Shown here in pieces: positions 33,914 to 47,429 of a stretch of DNA of 64,000 bases. The position numbers and the translations under genes were made by a program. Position 1 is the stretch's first letter. The number at the start of each line of letters is the position of its first letter. The DNA lies in NCBI RefSeq assembly GCF_009914755.1, contig NC_060937.1; one strand, written 5' to 3'. The stretch comes from the human T2T-CHM13v2.0 reference genome, Homo sapiens. The notes under the pieces are model-generated. The model searched no databases, had not been told where the DNA came from, and saw only the letters and a list, made by a program, of their open reading frames with translations.

Positions 33914-34393
33914 TTATATATTTTTGTAAAACCTGATCCCCGGCATCCTGCTATAAAAGTCAAGCTGAAATGAAAACTATTGTAACTTTCTAAAAAAAAA
34001 GAAAAAAGAAAGAAAAGAAACAACAGTTTGTTAATTCTTTGTATATTGTAAGGATTAGACCACAGTTACAATTATAAACTATAATTTACTAAATTTAAAG
34101 TAATTATTATTTTTTGTTCAACATAAACTCCCAACCAAAAAAAATTTTTTTTCACTATTGATTCTGAAATATTTTGATCCCAACTGAAAGAGACTTCTCT
34201 TTAGTTGGCCTTTCCTGGTTCAAATTCTTATCAGATAAGTACATTTCGATGATCACTTTATTTAAGTTTCCATTCATCTTAGACTCAGTTTTTAGGTTTT
34301 GCCTGGGTTTTAATAAACATTGATGTTGTTTTCTTCATTAAAGCCTGAAGTCACTCTTCATGTAAGGAATGATTTAAAAATCATCTTTTCCAG

Positions 34394-34480
34394 ATTAAAG
34401 AGAAGGAAGAAGCCCAGCGAGAGTACCGAGGAGCCGTGACCCAGGGCCATGGCGCTTACCTGATGAGTCAGGATGCTCCG
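34394..34480 (+). pseudogene. PARP4 exon 17 equivalent (VIT)
   Basis: IKEKEEAQREYRGAVTQGHGAYLMSQDAP; ccag|...|gtaccg. Confidence 0.92.
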
Positions 34481-34779
34481 GTACCGCTTGGTGTGCATGC
34501 TGCATGCATACAGGAGAGGGAAAGAGAGTTAGAACAAGATATGAAATACGAATTTCATGCTAGAGGCTGAGATAATTTACACTGTTGTAGGCCCAGAGTT
34601 CCACTTGCTCTAAGTAAGGGGAAGCCATGCCAGTCAGACCCATTTGACTTATCTAAACAAAAGAGGAAACGGCATCAATAGTTCCAGACAAACAGGAAGA
34701 GCTAGGCCTGTCATTGGGAACTGAGTTTCCCAGAAGGAATGACAGACAAAAAGATAACATTTGAGATATGTAACTTTCA

Positions 34780-35108
<329 letters not shown>

Positions 35109-35865
35109 AAGAGTGTGATATATTTACAATTTCCCTGGAAGTAAGCTTACCTAGCAGATGGTCCAAACATAAAGAAGGGAGGCATTTCTGCCAGGTCTTG
35201 TGCGGGCCCAGCTCCTGTGCTTTTAGGTGATTAGCTTTAGCAGGGATGTGACCTGCACAGCGTGGAAGAGGGAACAGCTGGCAGGTCCACTGGACTACTT
35301 TCCTTAAATGTCAGGTGTTTTCACGAGGCCTCTGGCAGGTGCTAGATTGCGTGTAGTCAGCGTCTAACTCTAGTGCAGATATTTTAGTTGTTTTTGCAGA
35401 TGGGGCCATATGTTTGAGTATCACCTCTGAGGGAGACAAATGGCCATGGTGTTTTGAAAATTTAATGTTTGCTGGGGCTAGGGGCACATTCAAGATTAAT
35501 ATAGATCGAAGGGTTAAATTATTGCTCTTGACATCTAAGATATCCACTTGCAGGATGGGAATAGGCAATGAAGAGGTGATTATTGAACAGTTAACAATGC
35601 TAACTCTATGTATGGCCAAACTGTATGTATAGAAGCCTGGGGTTCATTATCGGGTTATCCTCCTATGTGAGTTGGTAAATGTTTCCTCCTAAATACCTAC
35701 GTATTTCCCTAGGAATATGGTCCACAAGAAAATAGTCTTCACAAAAGATATTACCTATGGGTAAAGTCTGATCAGAACTATTGCTAACCCAAGACTTCAG
35801 GTCTCTCAGAATGTATTTGACATCTTGTGACTATAATGTTCTCATATCATAATATATGGTATTCA

Positions 35866-36063
<198 letters not shown>

Positions 36064-37045
36064 TTAGCACCGCCCATGCCTGGAGGGGCTGGGATCCGTT
36101 CTGCTTTTCTGTCGAGTTTTTGGGATCTTTCTGTTTCTCCCTCATCTTCCAAGCATGTGTTTGCAATTATAAACTCTAGTAAAGTGAGCTTCCCAGGGGT
36201 AGAGACCATCAGGCCTCCTCCTTGGCGTGAGTCCTGGTCCTCTGAGAGCCTCCCTGAAGGAGCACAGGAAGACTCCAGCCTGCCTCGCTAACGGACGGAA
36301 GCTGTAACTACCAATAACCCATGTTAGGGATCTTCTAGTCAATGTTATGATCATCACCAATTAATATGGAGGGTAAAGACAAATCCAGTCTTTATCCATA
36401 GGTTGAAAAACATCTTGGAAATTGTTTTCATAAGCTCTTTTTCTGAAAAATAATTGATGTTTTCTTTAATATTTCAGGAGGAACTCCTCTAAGCAAGGAG
36501 TTCTTGATAGTTGTAGAATTATTGTAGAGAGAAAAGTAATAGGGCACTTGTCATTTAAATGTCAGAGATGCTCTTTGCTAGAGTGAGAGTTGCTTCTTTA
36601 TGCCTTTTGCTATGTTGATGTGTATCAGATTTCAAGAGGTAGACTTTATTCACTCTTTGCCAGCTCTAGGCCTTTGGGATCAGATTCAGGTAATATTGTT
36701 ATTTATGGAAATTAAGTTGATATCTTTGTCAGCATTCTGATACCTTATAGGGTTGTTTTTAGAGTCATCTACTCCCTCCCTCAGGAATTGAAAGTCAAGA
36801 ATTTCAACTTTTCTCTATTTGAAGGATAAGTTAGTCCTCTGATAGATGGGAGCTTACATTAGCCAAACTTTCAGATGTTTCCTCCCATTATCACTTTCTC
36901 TGTTTAACCTCAGTTACACATGAGTACATTCTTCCCCATGTCATGTCTCTCATGTTGAGTTGTGAGCTTTCTCAACACTGTTAACAGGTACTTCAAAAAT
37001 ATTTCTCCAATGTCTTCAAAATTAAAACATGTGAAATGCAATCAG

Positions 37046-37145
37046 TTCTACAGCAAATCGTCACATCCTAAGGATTTTGTCCTAGTGTGGTGCCGGAGTA
37101 TTTGAATATTTTAATGCAAAATCCAAGCATAGATGGAGAAAACAG
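37046..37145 (+). pseudogene. PARP4 exon 25 equivalent; TAG at 37083-37085, donor GT>AT
   Basis: STANRHILRILS*CGAGVFEYFNAKSKHRWRKQ followed by ATATGT instead of GT. Confidence 0.9.
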
Positions 37146-37419
37146 ATATGTTTTTTAAACATCTGGTTTTATGTTTACATGTGGAAATCTCACATTCTTC
37201 CAAGGCTAAGAAATAGGAATACCTGTGTTTCCTTGAGTGAGAGGGGAGCCGTAAAGAGGCAAGAGCTGCCGCAGGTGTGAGCCCTGCCTCAGGACTGCAC
37301 CAGCGGGAACACAGGAGTTCATCATCTGGTCATTCTCCCAGCTCATAGTTTGATTTCTGCCTTAAAAATCATGGACTGATTTTTTAAAAGTGAATTATTA
37401 AATATGTTTTGCTGAAATT

Positions 37420-38760
37420 AATTTTCTTTATTATAAAATTTACCATTTTAACCTTTTTTAAGTGTACAATTTAGTGCTGTTAGCTACATTCACAATTCTG
37501 TGCAACCATCACCATCTTCAAACTATTTCATCAGCCCAGAGACTATGTATCCATTAAACAGTAACTCCACATTCCCTCCTACACCCAGCGCCTGCTACCA
37601 CGATTCTACGTTCCGTCTCTATGACTTTGCCTGTTCTGAGTATCTCATATAAGTGGAGTCATAGGACATTGTCCCTTTATGTCTGGCTTATTTCACTTAG
37701 CATAATGTTTTTAATGTCCATCTATGTTGAAGCATGTGTCAGAATTTCCCTTCTTTTTAAAGCTGAATAATATTCCATTGCATGAATGGACCACATTTTG
37801 CTTATCCATTCATCTATCGGTGGACACTTGGGTTGTTTCTGTCCTTTGGCTATTGTGAATAATGCTGCTATGAGCATTGGTATACAAGCGTCTGTTTGAG
37901 TCTGCTTTCAATTCTGGATGTATGCGCAGCGTGGGATTGCTGGATCATATGCTCGTTCTATGTTTAGTTTTTTTGGGAATTGCCATGCTGTCTTCCATAG
38001 CAGCTGCATCATTTTACATTCCCAGCACCAGTGCACCAGGATTCCAGTTTTTCCACATCCTCACCAACACTCATCATTCCGGTTTTTTCCATATTGATTG
38101 AAATCAATCAGCTTTTCTTTGGTTTGTTTTGGTTTTTGAGACACAGTGTCGCTCGGTCATCTAGGCTGGAGTGCAGTGGTGCAATCATAGCTCACCACAG
38201 CCTCGACTTCCTGAGCCCAAGCAATCCTCCCACCTCAGCCTCCAGAGTAGCTGGAACTACAGGTATATGCCACCACTTTTTTTCCTATTGTTTTTTATTT
38301 GTCTGTTTGGTTTTTGTTTGCTGTTGGTGTTTTTTGAGACAGCGTATCACTTTGTCACCCAGGGTGGAATGGAGTAGCGCAATCTTGGCTCACTGCAGCC
38401 CTGACATCCGGGTCTCAAGCCATCCTCCTGCCTCAGCCCTCCAAGTAGGTGGGACTACAGGCCCACACCACCACACCCAGCTAATTTTTTGTAGAGACAG
38501 CATTTCACCATGGACCCAGGCTGGTCTGGAATCCCAAGCTCAAGCAATCTGCCTGCCTTGGCCTCCCAAACTGCTGGGATTACAGGCATGAGCCACTCTG
38601 CCCAGCCACCACTTGTTTTTTAATAACAGCCATCCCACTGGGTGTGAAATGGGATCTCACTGTGGTTCTGATTTGCACTTCCCTCATGACTAATGACATC
38701 AAGCATCTTTGCATGCACTTGCTGGCTTTTGTGTATCTTCTTTGGAGAAATATCAAGTAC
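37420..38760 (-). mobile_element. L1MB-like 3' fragment with Alu inserts (~38115-38275, ~38310-38608)
   Basis: GCTGAATAATATTCCATTG, TTATCCATTCATCTATCGGTGGACACTTGGGTTG, GATTTGCACTTCCCT motifs. Confidence 0.85.
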
Positions 38761-38859
38761 TGGAATCTACTCATACCAAGGCTGCATATTAATAATTAGC
38801 TAAAGGCATAATTTCAGGATGCTTTGTAAATGTAAAGGGTATGATCATGCTATTATTTA

Positions 38860-39190
<331 letters not shown>

Positions 39191-39354
39191 CTGTTTAAAA
39201 TCTTTTCGGGAAAGTACCCTGTAGCAGGAGGGAGAGAAAATACCATAGAGTTATAAAATTCCCGAAGGATAGAACGTATACTTTATTTTAAATGTGAAGT
39301 AACTATTTTCTGGATGGAGCATTGAAAGAGAAATAATTCCTCTTTTATAAATAG

Positions 39355-39525
39355 ACAGAAGACCAAATGAGCAGGCTATGTTCTCCGAGTTGCCACTCTG
39401 TCTCCGTCAAATGGCGGCAACTCAATCCAGATGCGCCCGAGGCCCTGCAGGCCCCAGCCCAGGTGCCGTCCTTGTTTTGCAATGATCGACTCCTTGTCTA
39501 TGGATTCATTCCTCACTGCACACAG
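39355..39525 (+). pseudogene. PARP4 exon 26 equivalent
   Basis: TEDQMSRLCSPSCHSVSVKWRQLNPDAPEALQAPAQVPSLFCNDRLLVYGFIPHCTQ|gtaaga; 171 nt. Confidence 0.93.
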
Positions 39526-39779
39526 GTAAGAAGGCACAGAGTTTGTTATTCTATGGGAAGACCAATATATTTTGCTAATTTTTTTTCTGTCTTCTTCCCT
39601 CCCCTTCTCACCAGCAGATTTTCTTCTTCTGGGAACACAGCTGGTGGTTAGCCAGGGCTTTGGGGAGGCTTCTAGTTTTTATTGAAAGGTGAGAGGAAAT
39701 CACCAAAAGAATTTCTGTTAAACCAAGACACTGCAGAGTGGAAAGGCTAATGAGGAATTTATTTTTTTTCCCATTTCAG

Positions 39780-39861
39780 GCAAGTTTGTGTGCACTAATT
39801 TAAGAGAAAGAATTTTTGTACAATAGTGTCGACTATTGAGCTTCAGAAGACAACTGCAACT
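39780..39861 (+). pseudogene. PARP4 exon 27 equivalent; TAA at 39801-39803, +1 T, donor GT>TT
   Basis: ASLCALI*EKEF(+T)CTIVSTIELQKTTAT followed by TTAAGA. Confidence 0.88.
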
Positions 39862-39937
39862 TTAAGATTCAAAACCTAAACTATCGACCCATTGTTTGAA
39901 AGTTATGATTTTATATTTCCATATATAATGCTCTATG

Positions 39938-40138
39938 TCAAGCTTATCCAACCCACAGCCCAGGGCAGCTTTGAATGCGGCCCAACACAAATTCGTAAAC
40001 TTTCTTAAAACATTACGAAAATTTTTCGCAAGTTTTTTTTCAGCTCATCAGCTATCATTAGTTAGTGTATTTTATGTGTCGCACAAGACAATTCTTCTTC
40101 CATTGTGGCCCAGGGAAGCCAAAAGATTGGATCCTCTG
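39938..40138. mobile_element. MER30-like hAT MITE
   Basis: TTTGAATGCGGCCCAACACAAATTCGTAAACTTTCTTAAAACATTA...GGCCCAGGGAAGCCAAAAGATTGGA. Confidence 0.8.
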
Positions 40139-40394
40139 CTGTCTGTACTTCCTTTGTTGCTTTCCTGTGTTGAAATTTCATTACACGATGTGGAGATGGG
40201 CCATCTGTACCAATGAGTATACTTTCCTTCGGTTTCTAACGCAGCACTTCTTCATCTGAGGTAGTTGGGTCTAGGTGTGTCTATATGGGCATCAGTGGGA
40301 GGCAATATCTGCAATTAAATATGGCATTTATGCTTGCAAATTTGTCTAGAGAGGTTCTCAAAGATGTTCATGACTCAATAAAAGTTACATGCCA

Positions 40395-41728
40395 TTGGGG
40401 TGCGGGCCCTGCGGGACGGGACGAGGGCGGGGCGCCAACCGCGAGCACCCCCGCCTCCCCCCGGGCTCTGCTGGCCTCTGCGCGCTGGGGCCGCCTCTCC
40501 TTCCGCAGGGGCAGCGGGGTCTCCTGGAAGCCCCGGAGCCTCATGGAAGCCCGGGAGGGCGGCGGAGCGGGGCCCGCAGCGCGGGGCCCGGAGGGGCAGC
40601 CGGCGCCCGAAGCCAGGGTGCACTTCCGAGTGGCGAGGTTCATCATGGAGGCAAGTGTCAAGCTAGGGATGCGGTCCATTCCCATCGCCACTGCTTGCAC
40701 CATTTACCATAAGTTCTTCTGCGAGACCAGCCTGGACGCCTGTGACCCTTACCTGATTGCCATGTCTTCCATTTACTTGGCCGGCAAAGTGGAAGAGCAG
40801 CACCTGCAGACTCGTGACATCATCAGTGTGTCCAACAGGTACTTTAACCCAAGCGGTGAGCCCCTGGAATTGGACTCCCGCTTCTGGGAGCTCCGGGACA
40901 GCATTGTGCAGTGTCAGCTTCTCATGCTGAGAGTTCTGCGCTTCCAGGTCTCCTTCCAGCATCCACACAAGTACCTGCTCCACTACCTGCTTTCCCTCAA
41001 GAACTGGCTGAACCGCCACAGCTGGCAGCGGACCCCCGTTGCCGTCACTGCCTGGGCCCTGCTGCGGGACAGCTACCACGGGGGTCTGTGCCTCCGCTTC
41101 CAGGACCAGCACATCACCGTGGCGGTGCTCTACCTGGCCCTGCAGGTCTGCGGAGTTGAGGTGCCCGCTGAGGTCGAGGCTGAGAAGCCGTGGTGGCAGG
41201 TGTTTGGTGACGACCTTACCAATCATTGATAATATTGTATCTGATCTCATTCAGATTTATACCACGGACACAGAGATCCCCTAAGGCCCTGGCCCAGGTC
41301 TGCCCAAAGAGAAGCCCAGGATGGTCGGCTGCCTGGGGACATTGCCACCACGTCGCCACGATGGCTGGTCCTCAGAGGACCAGCTGGGAGGACTGGTTGT
41401 GCTGCTGGAGAAGGGCTGGAGAAGGCGATAGCATGCTGCCGCTTTGACAGTCCCTAGCAGTCGCGGTCCAGATGATGGTGGGAGCCGCGCCTCCAGCGGG
41501 CAGGCCGGGAGTGCACTGCGTGCAGCTGATCCAAGGCAGCCACATCTGCTTTTGTCCTTTGAGAGGACTCTGACTACAATATAGGCATGACATCAATGAA
41601 AGGAAAATCATGAAATCGATGAGACTGAATCCCTAGGGATTTTTTTAAAGCCAGATTTATAGCGAGAATGAATGTGCAACGTGGCTGAAATCTATTTTGT
41701 GTAATAAAAGGTGATGCTAGTCAAAAAA
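40395..41728 (+). pseudogene. Processed pseudogene (retrocopy) of CCNQ/FAM58A (cyclin Q/M), inserted in PARP4P intron 27
   Basis: Intronless; GC-rich 5'UTR; ATG 40543 [36 protein letters not shown]...EKPWWQVF; 3'UTR; AATAAA at 41703; A-tail; TSD AAAAGTTACATGCCA at 40380-40394 and 41729-41743; 5-nt deletion near 41220 truncates the C-terminus. Confidence 0.96.
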
Positions 41729-41869
41729 AAAAGTTACATGCCACTGGTCTACTGATGCTACTTAGAAATATTAGTTATAAAAGTACTGGACTAAGAGTAG
41801 ATCATATCGTATATTGAGGATGTGGGTTTTTTCCATGTTTTGATTAAAAGCAAATGAATTATGAAAGAA

Positions 41870-43203
41870 AAAAATTCCTGTCTCCCCCATACTCACAGCA
41901 TTTCTGGTTTCCAGATATGTGTTTTTCCCAACCAATTCTCTGACACCAGTTGCATGTCCTACAATTTAATTCAGTTCTGACACTAGCTGCCTGGGTTTGG
42001 CACAGACCTCACAGGGTGAGGGCTCAGTCCCACAAGACTGTTCCCCACTCCAGACACCGGTAGCAGGTAGCGGGTCCCCAGGTTACCCATACTTCTGGTC
42101 AGCTCCAAGTCAGTGTTCCCACAACCCTTTCTCAGGTTCAGTAATTTCCTGTAACAGCTCACAGAACTCAGGAAAAGTTTGCCTTAGTATTACTGATTTA
42201 TTGCAAAGAATATTATAAAGGATGCGAATGAACAGCCAGATGAAGAGGTATATAGGGTAAGGCCCAGAATAGTCCCAAGCACAGGAGCTTCTGTCTAACA
42301 TACAGTTGGGATGCACCATCCTCCTGGCACATGAATGCTGACCCAGAAGCTCCCTGAATCCCCTTAGGTGGGGTTTTTAATGCAGGTTTCATTACAAAGG
42401 CCTGGTTGATTAAATCATTGGCCATTGGTGATTAACTCTCCCCTCTCTGGAGGTTGGGGAGTGGGGTTGAAGTTCCAGCCCTCTAATCATATGGTTGGTT
42501 CCCCAGCAACCAGCCCTCATTCTAGGGACTTTCTAAAAGTCACCTCATTAACATAAACTCAGGTGTGGTTGAAGCATCCTGTTAGGAATAACAAATACAT
42601 ACATTTCTTATGTCTGTAGGGAAGTTCAGACTTTCCCTCTGAAGTTTCCGTGTTTGGTCTATAAAATAATCCAACGATAGATTAACAGGGGAAGAGACAT
42701 GCAGATGTCGTTACGTGTGCATGAGCCACATGAGACTCAAAGAAGGGCCAGATGACTGAAGTTTCATACAGTACAGAGGCGGGTGGGATTGTGGGGCTCC
42801 TGGGGGAGGTGGGGACAGGTTGTGGGAGGGTGAGGGGAGGAAACACGTGGTGAGCAAAGGCTTTCTTGTGATGCAGATGAAGTCTGGCAGGCAGCAGCCC
42901 TGAGAGAATAGAGGCACCTCTGGTAACAGTTTCTCTATCATCCCTTTAAAGTATCAGACTTCAGCCTCCTCTTCCTGGGAGTTCATCGTTCCTAAATCTG
43001 GATAAGGCAGATAAGGGGGTCTCAGAGAAAGCCTGTTTGCATCTGCTGTTTCCTTCACCGACATAGGATTCCTCTGCAGATGCAAATATTCCCTGCAAAA
43101 AGACTGCTTTTCAGAGCTACTCCTATGTCTGCTGTCCCTCTGAATAGCATCTCAAAATATGCTGAAGAAGTATCTTTTGGGGTGGCCTATTTTACCTTTT
43201 TAC
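41870..43203 (-). mobile_element. Two adjacent ERV LTR-like elements (MER21-like ~41870-42600; ERV1-type ~42615-43203)
   Basis: MER21-type GGCTCAGTCCCACAAGACTG and GATTAAATCATTGGCCATTGGTGAT; second block begins TGTAGGG and ends TTACA. Confidence 0.6.
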
Positions 43204-44124
43204 ATATCACAATATCACAAATTATTACCAAGAAGCAACATTTGGACTGGTACTGAATCCACTATAGTTTAGCCTATACATGCTATTTATGTAGTTTTTT
43301 TTATTCAAAGGAGTATTAGTATAACCAGATAAATCATTTCCCAGACATTGCTGGGTTTTTTCTCAAAAATGTATAGCTTACTTTTCAGCACTAAATCGGT
43401 ATCATTGACTTATTAGTTGCCAGTGACTTATGTATAGAACTTAGGCTCAATATTGCTTTAAAAATTAGATCTTTGTGGGTACTGATAAGGGAGAATAAAT
43501 TAAAAGTGTATTTTTAAAAGTTAGATCTAAGGGGGAAAGAAGGTAAAATAATTTTACCTGGGAAGAGGTCATTTTCCATAGAGTCACAGCAAGTTGTACT
43601 TCCTCTGTGAGAAGCAGCCTTATCAATGACAAAATTACAAGAGTTGGAATGAAGGAGAGTTCCATCTCTCAGTTGTTGGAGAGGAAGCACCTGGTGGTGC
43701 ACATTGTGCAGTCTTCACCCTTCAGAGTGCAGACCATGTTCACGGACGGGCATCCCAGGGCCAAGGTGGCTCTTCCTATGGTAGAAAAGAAGTTTTCAAT
43801 TTTTTAAATAAAATGAATTGACAAAATGGCCTTTTATAGAAAAAGCAAAACTCTAGGGCCAGAAAACAGATGAGCTGCCAGAGCTGGAGGAAGCTACACA
43901 GGGGCACACAGGAACCTTTCAGGGTAAAGAGAATGTTCTGTGTCTTCACTTCAACAGTGGTCACACAACTGTATACATCCCTTAAGACTCATCAAACTGT
44001 ATATTTAAGAGGAGTGCATTTTACTGTATGCAGGTTATACCTCCGTTTTTAAAATGATGTTCTTTGCAAGTCTTGTATTAGAAGCCAAGTGAATCTTTTT
44101 TTTTCCTTTGCTACTTAAACACAG

Positions 44125-44205
44125 ATGATCCACAAGCTGGCAACCCGAGCTCTAATCGGAGATTACGAAGATGGCATTCTTCACGAAAATGAAACCAGTC
44201 ATGAG
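44125..44205 (+). pseudogene. PARP4 exon 28 equivalent
   Basis: MIHKLATRALIGDYEDGILHENETSHE; acag|...|gtttgt. Confidence 0.92.
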
Positions 44206-45175
44206 GTTTGTTCTTTTCATTGTAAAAACTATTAGACATTCTTCTTGAGCATTCTTACATTGATTTATCTGTGGAAATAGAAAGTGAGGTCAGCTGCGTG
44301 GAGAAAGAGACTGTGGTGTCAGGGCATTCATCACTGTATCTGTGACACTGTGCCTGGGATGTGGGGTGTGTGGTAAATGTTTGTTGAATGAATTAACAAA
44401 AGAGTGGATGTCAGTGGTTTCTGGAAAATTCTGTAATGTTTTACTTATCAGAAAAAGCCCAAGGAGGGCTCAGAGAACACTCGCTGAGTGCCTGTAGTGG
44501 ACGTCACCTCAGATCTCTCGTGTGGTAGCGTTAGTATTCCCATCTTACTGATGAGAGTCCTGAGTGCGAAATGCTGAGTGACCTGCCAAAGCCCACCTGA
44601 CTCCCCCCATGCTGTGCAGACCACGGCCTCAGCAGAGGGGCCCCTCAGCCAGGCCACCAGGACTGCCCAGCTGTTCTCTCGGGGATGAGATCTTCAACAA
44701 GGCTGTGAGTGTTAGTCCTCAATGCCATCCCACAAGAAGGTGACAGCAGGCCCTGGAGACCCCCACAGTCAGTTCTAGTGACAGATGGTCACCTGGTGGT
44801 CTCCCTATTCTCCTCAGATGCCGCTGGGTTGGCAGCTTCTGTGTGCTGTTTTGTTTAAGACCCTTTTATCCTGAACAAGACATTCCATCTTTCCAATTCC
44901 TCAGCTTTAAATTGGGAGCCACAGACTGTGAAAGAATGAGAAAGCCCACTGCCCGGGGGAGCTCTCTGTGAACTACAGGGAGCTGAATAATGAAGAGTGA
45001 CATTTTCTATGGCTAAATCAGTTGATCTCATTTTAAAGGGAATATTGAGCCACCAATTTAGATGGGACCTACAATTCAATATTTAGTCTGAAATACGAAT
45101 CTTAAAATGATTTACTGACATAGCTAAATAGAAATAAACAAAACAGGACATGACTTATGTTTTATTCTATCCTAG

Positions 45176-45271
45176 ATGAAGAAACAAACCTTGAAATCTC
45201 TGATTATTAAACTCAGTAAAGAAAACTCTCTCATAATACAATTTACAAGCTTTGTGGCAGTTGAGAAAAGG
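45176..45271 (+). pseudogene. PARP4 exon 29 equivalent
   Basis: MKKQTLKSLIIKLSKENSLIIQFTSFVAVEKR; ctag|...|gtatat. Confidence 0.93.
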
Positions 45272-45888
45272 GTATATATTATTGTTAATTTTAGGTTAAA
45301 TTATTTTATTTATATTTCCACATTAAGAAAGTCACCCTTGCTTTGGTGGTTGATGACAACACCCACACCCTGGGCCTGGGAAGCGTGGGTTGCAGACAGG
45401 CCAGTAGGCCCCACAAGTCCCAACCTCCCATTCATGGGGGGCTTCGGTGTTGGGACTTAGGGTGATCTTTCTAAATGAGTTGAGTATGTTATCATTTTTA
45501 ATGTTATAATTATTAATAATTAGCTAATGTGTATTTTTTGGATACCCTATAATTTTGTTACAGTTTTGGCATTTATTGTCTTTTTTTAATCCAAGACCCT
45601 CAAAAAATAGAAAAGGCCTGGGTTCCCTGAGAGCCCCTTTCCCCTACATAAGTTTAAGGGGAAAATTCACATAACGTGCCCAGCACAGTGGCCAGCACCT
45701 GCCAGTGCTCCGTAAAGAGGAAAGTCACTCCACCTCCCCACTTTCCCTCACGCTTGTGGCCCATGGCACAAGCTCCAGTCCCACACACCAGCGTATCCCA
45801 AACCAACACCCCATAGGCTTTAGAATGTGTAATCATCATTTAATTGGATAACGTCTATTTGATTTAATCTATTTGTGATTCAATATAG

Positions 45889-46011
45889 GATGAGAATGAA
45901 TCGCCTTTCCCTGATATTCCAAAAGTTTCTGAACTTATTGCCAAAGAAGATGTAGACTTCCTGCCCTACATGAGCTGGCAGGGGGAGCCCCAAGAAGCCG
46001 TCAGGAACCAG
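45889..46011 (+). pseudogene. PARP4 exon 30 equivalent
   Basis: DENESPFPDIPKVSELIAKEDVDFLPYMSWQGEPQEAVRNQ; atag|...|gtaaat. Confidence 0.93.
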
Positions 46012-46566
46012 GTAAATGCTGATTACCAAATAAGTTGATATCGTGCTTTCATTTGTTCATGAAGATGAAGGGAACCCTTTGCTAAAATAGCTCCCTTCTT
46101 ACCTGTACGTGAAGAAGTTGTTGTATCCCTGATGATGGAAAATATTCATGCATTTATAAAATGTTGAATTACATCATGTTGCATTACAGAGACTTCACAT
46201 TGTATGAATGGAGCTGTATAGTACAAAAAGAGAACACCTGTGGCTGTGCTTCTATCATGGGCAAATAGATTGTCATCCAGGAAGCTAAAGTCATTTAGGT
46301 AGGATAATAAGTTTGTCATGAAATTATCAATAGAAGTGCTATCTAATAATCTAAATTCACCACCAATATTTCTTAAAGTTTATAGTGCTTTATACTGTGG
46401 CCCTTATAACCAGAAACATAATAGAAATGAAAAAATGTGGCTTAAATAAAAATTGGAAGACAAATTCAAAAGCAAAGAAACTGTTTTGTTAACAGTGCTG
46501 ATAACACTCTTAGGTCTCTAGGTTAAAAAAACTAAAATTTCCAAAATTTAAGAATCTAAAATCTAA

Positions 46567-46985
46567 TTGGGCACCATGGTTCATGCCTGTAATCCCAACA
46601 CTTTGGGAAGCTGAGGTGGGAAAAATCACCTCAACCCAGGAGTTTGAGACCAGCCTGGGCAACAAAGTGAGACCTCATCTCTACAAAAAGTTTTTTAGTC
46701 TGGGCGCAGTGGCTCATGCTTGTAATCCCAGCACTTTGAGAGGCCAAGGCAGCAGATGGCTTGAGCCCAGAAGTTCAAGACCAGCCTGGGCAAAATGGTG
46801 AAACCCCATCTCTCCAAAAAAAATACAAAACTTAGCTGGGCGTGGTGGCGCTTGCCTGTAGTCCCAGCTACTCAAGAGTCTGTGGCAGGAGGATGCTTGC
46901 ACCCAGGAGGCAGAGGTTGCAGTGAGCCAAAATGGCACCCCTACCCTCCAGCCTGGTTGACAGAGCAAGGATTTGATCATAAATA
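46567..46985 (+). mobile_element. Alu left monomer followed by full Alu
   Basis: Alu arm motifs. Confidence 0.82.
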
Positions 46986-47429
46986 AGAAAATAATATATG
47001 AAAGATGTGCAACCTTGTTGCTAAAAGAAGTTAAAATATAAAAACTGCCATGAGATTCCTTTTTATTTTTTAACTCTGTCAGGTTGGCAAAGATCACAAA
47101 AGGTAGATGATTGAAAGTCAATAAATATAGTGGTTAAGATCACAGGTGCTGTGGCCGACTGCTCAGGTCTGAACCCCAGCCCGCGCTTCACTCTCTGGGA
47201 CTTGACCTTCCCAGTGCCCCAGTCCTAATGCCCAAGTGGGGAGAGTGGTAAAATCCACCTCAGGTGGTTGTGAAGAGTTCTGAGACCATTATAACATGTC
47301 TAGCTCGTGGATATTTGATAAATATTAGCTGTAGTTATTAATTTGCAAAGGTGTCTGAAACAGACACTGTTGCCCAACAGACGGGGCAGAAAGCTGACAA
47401 GTGGCCTTGGGTTTGGAGGGATACTTGCT

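Noticed and set aside
40663-41250. 195-aa minus-strand ORF
   Set aside because: Antisense shadow of the GC-rich CCNQ coding sequence
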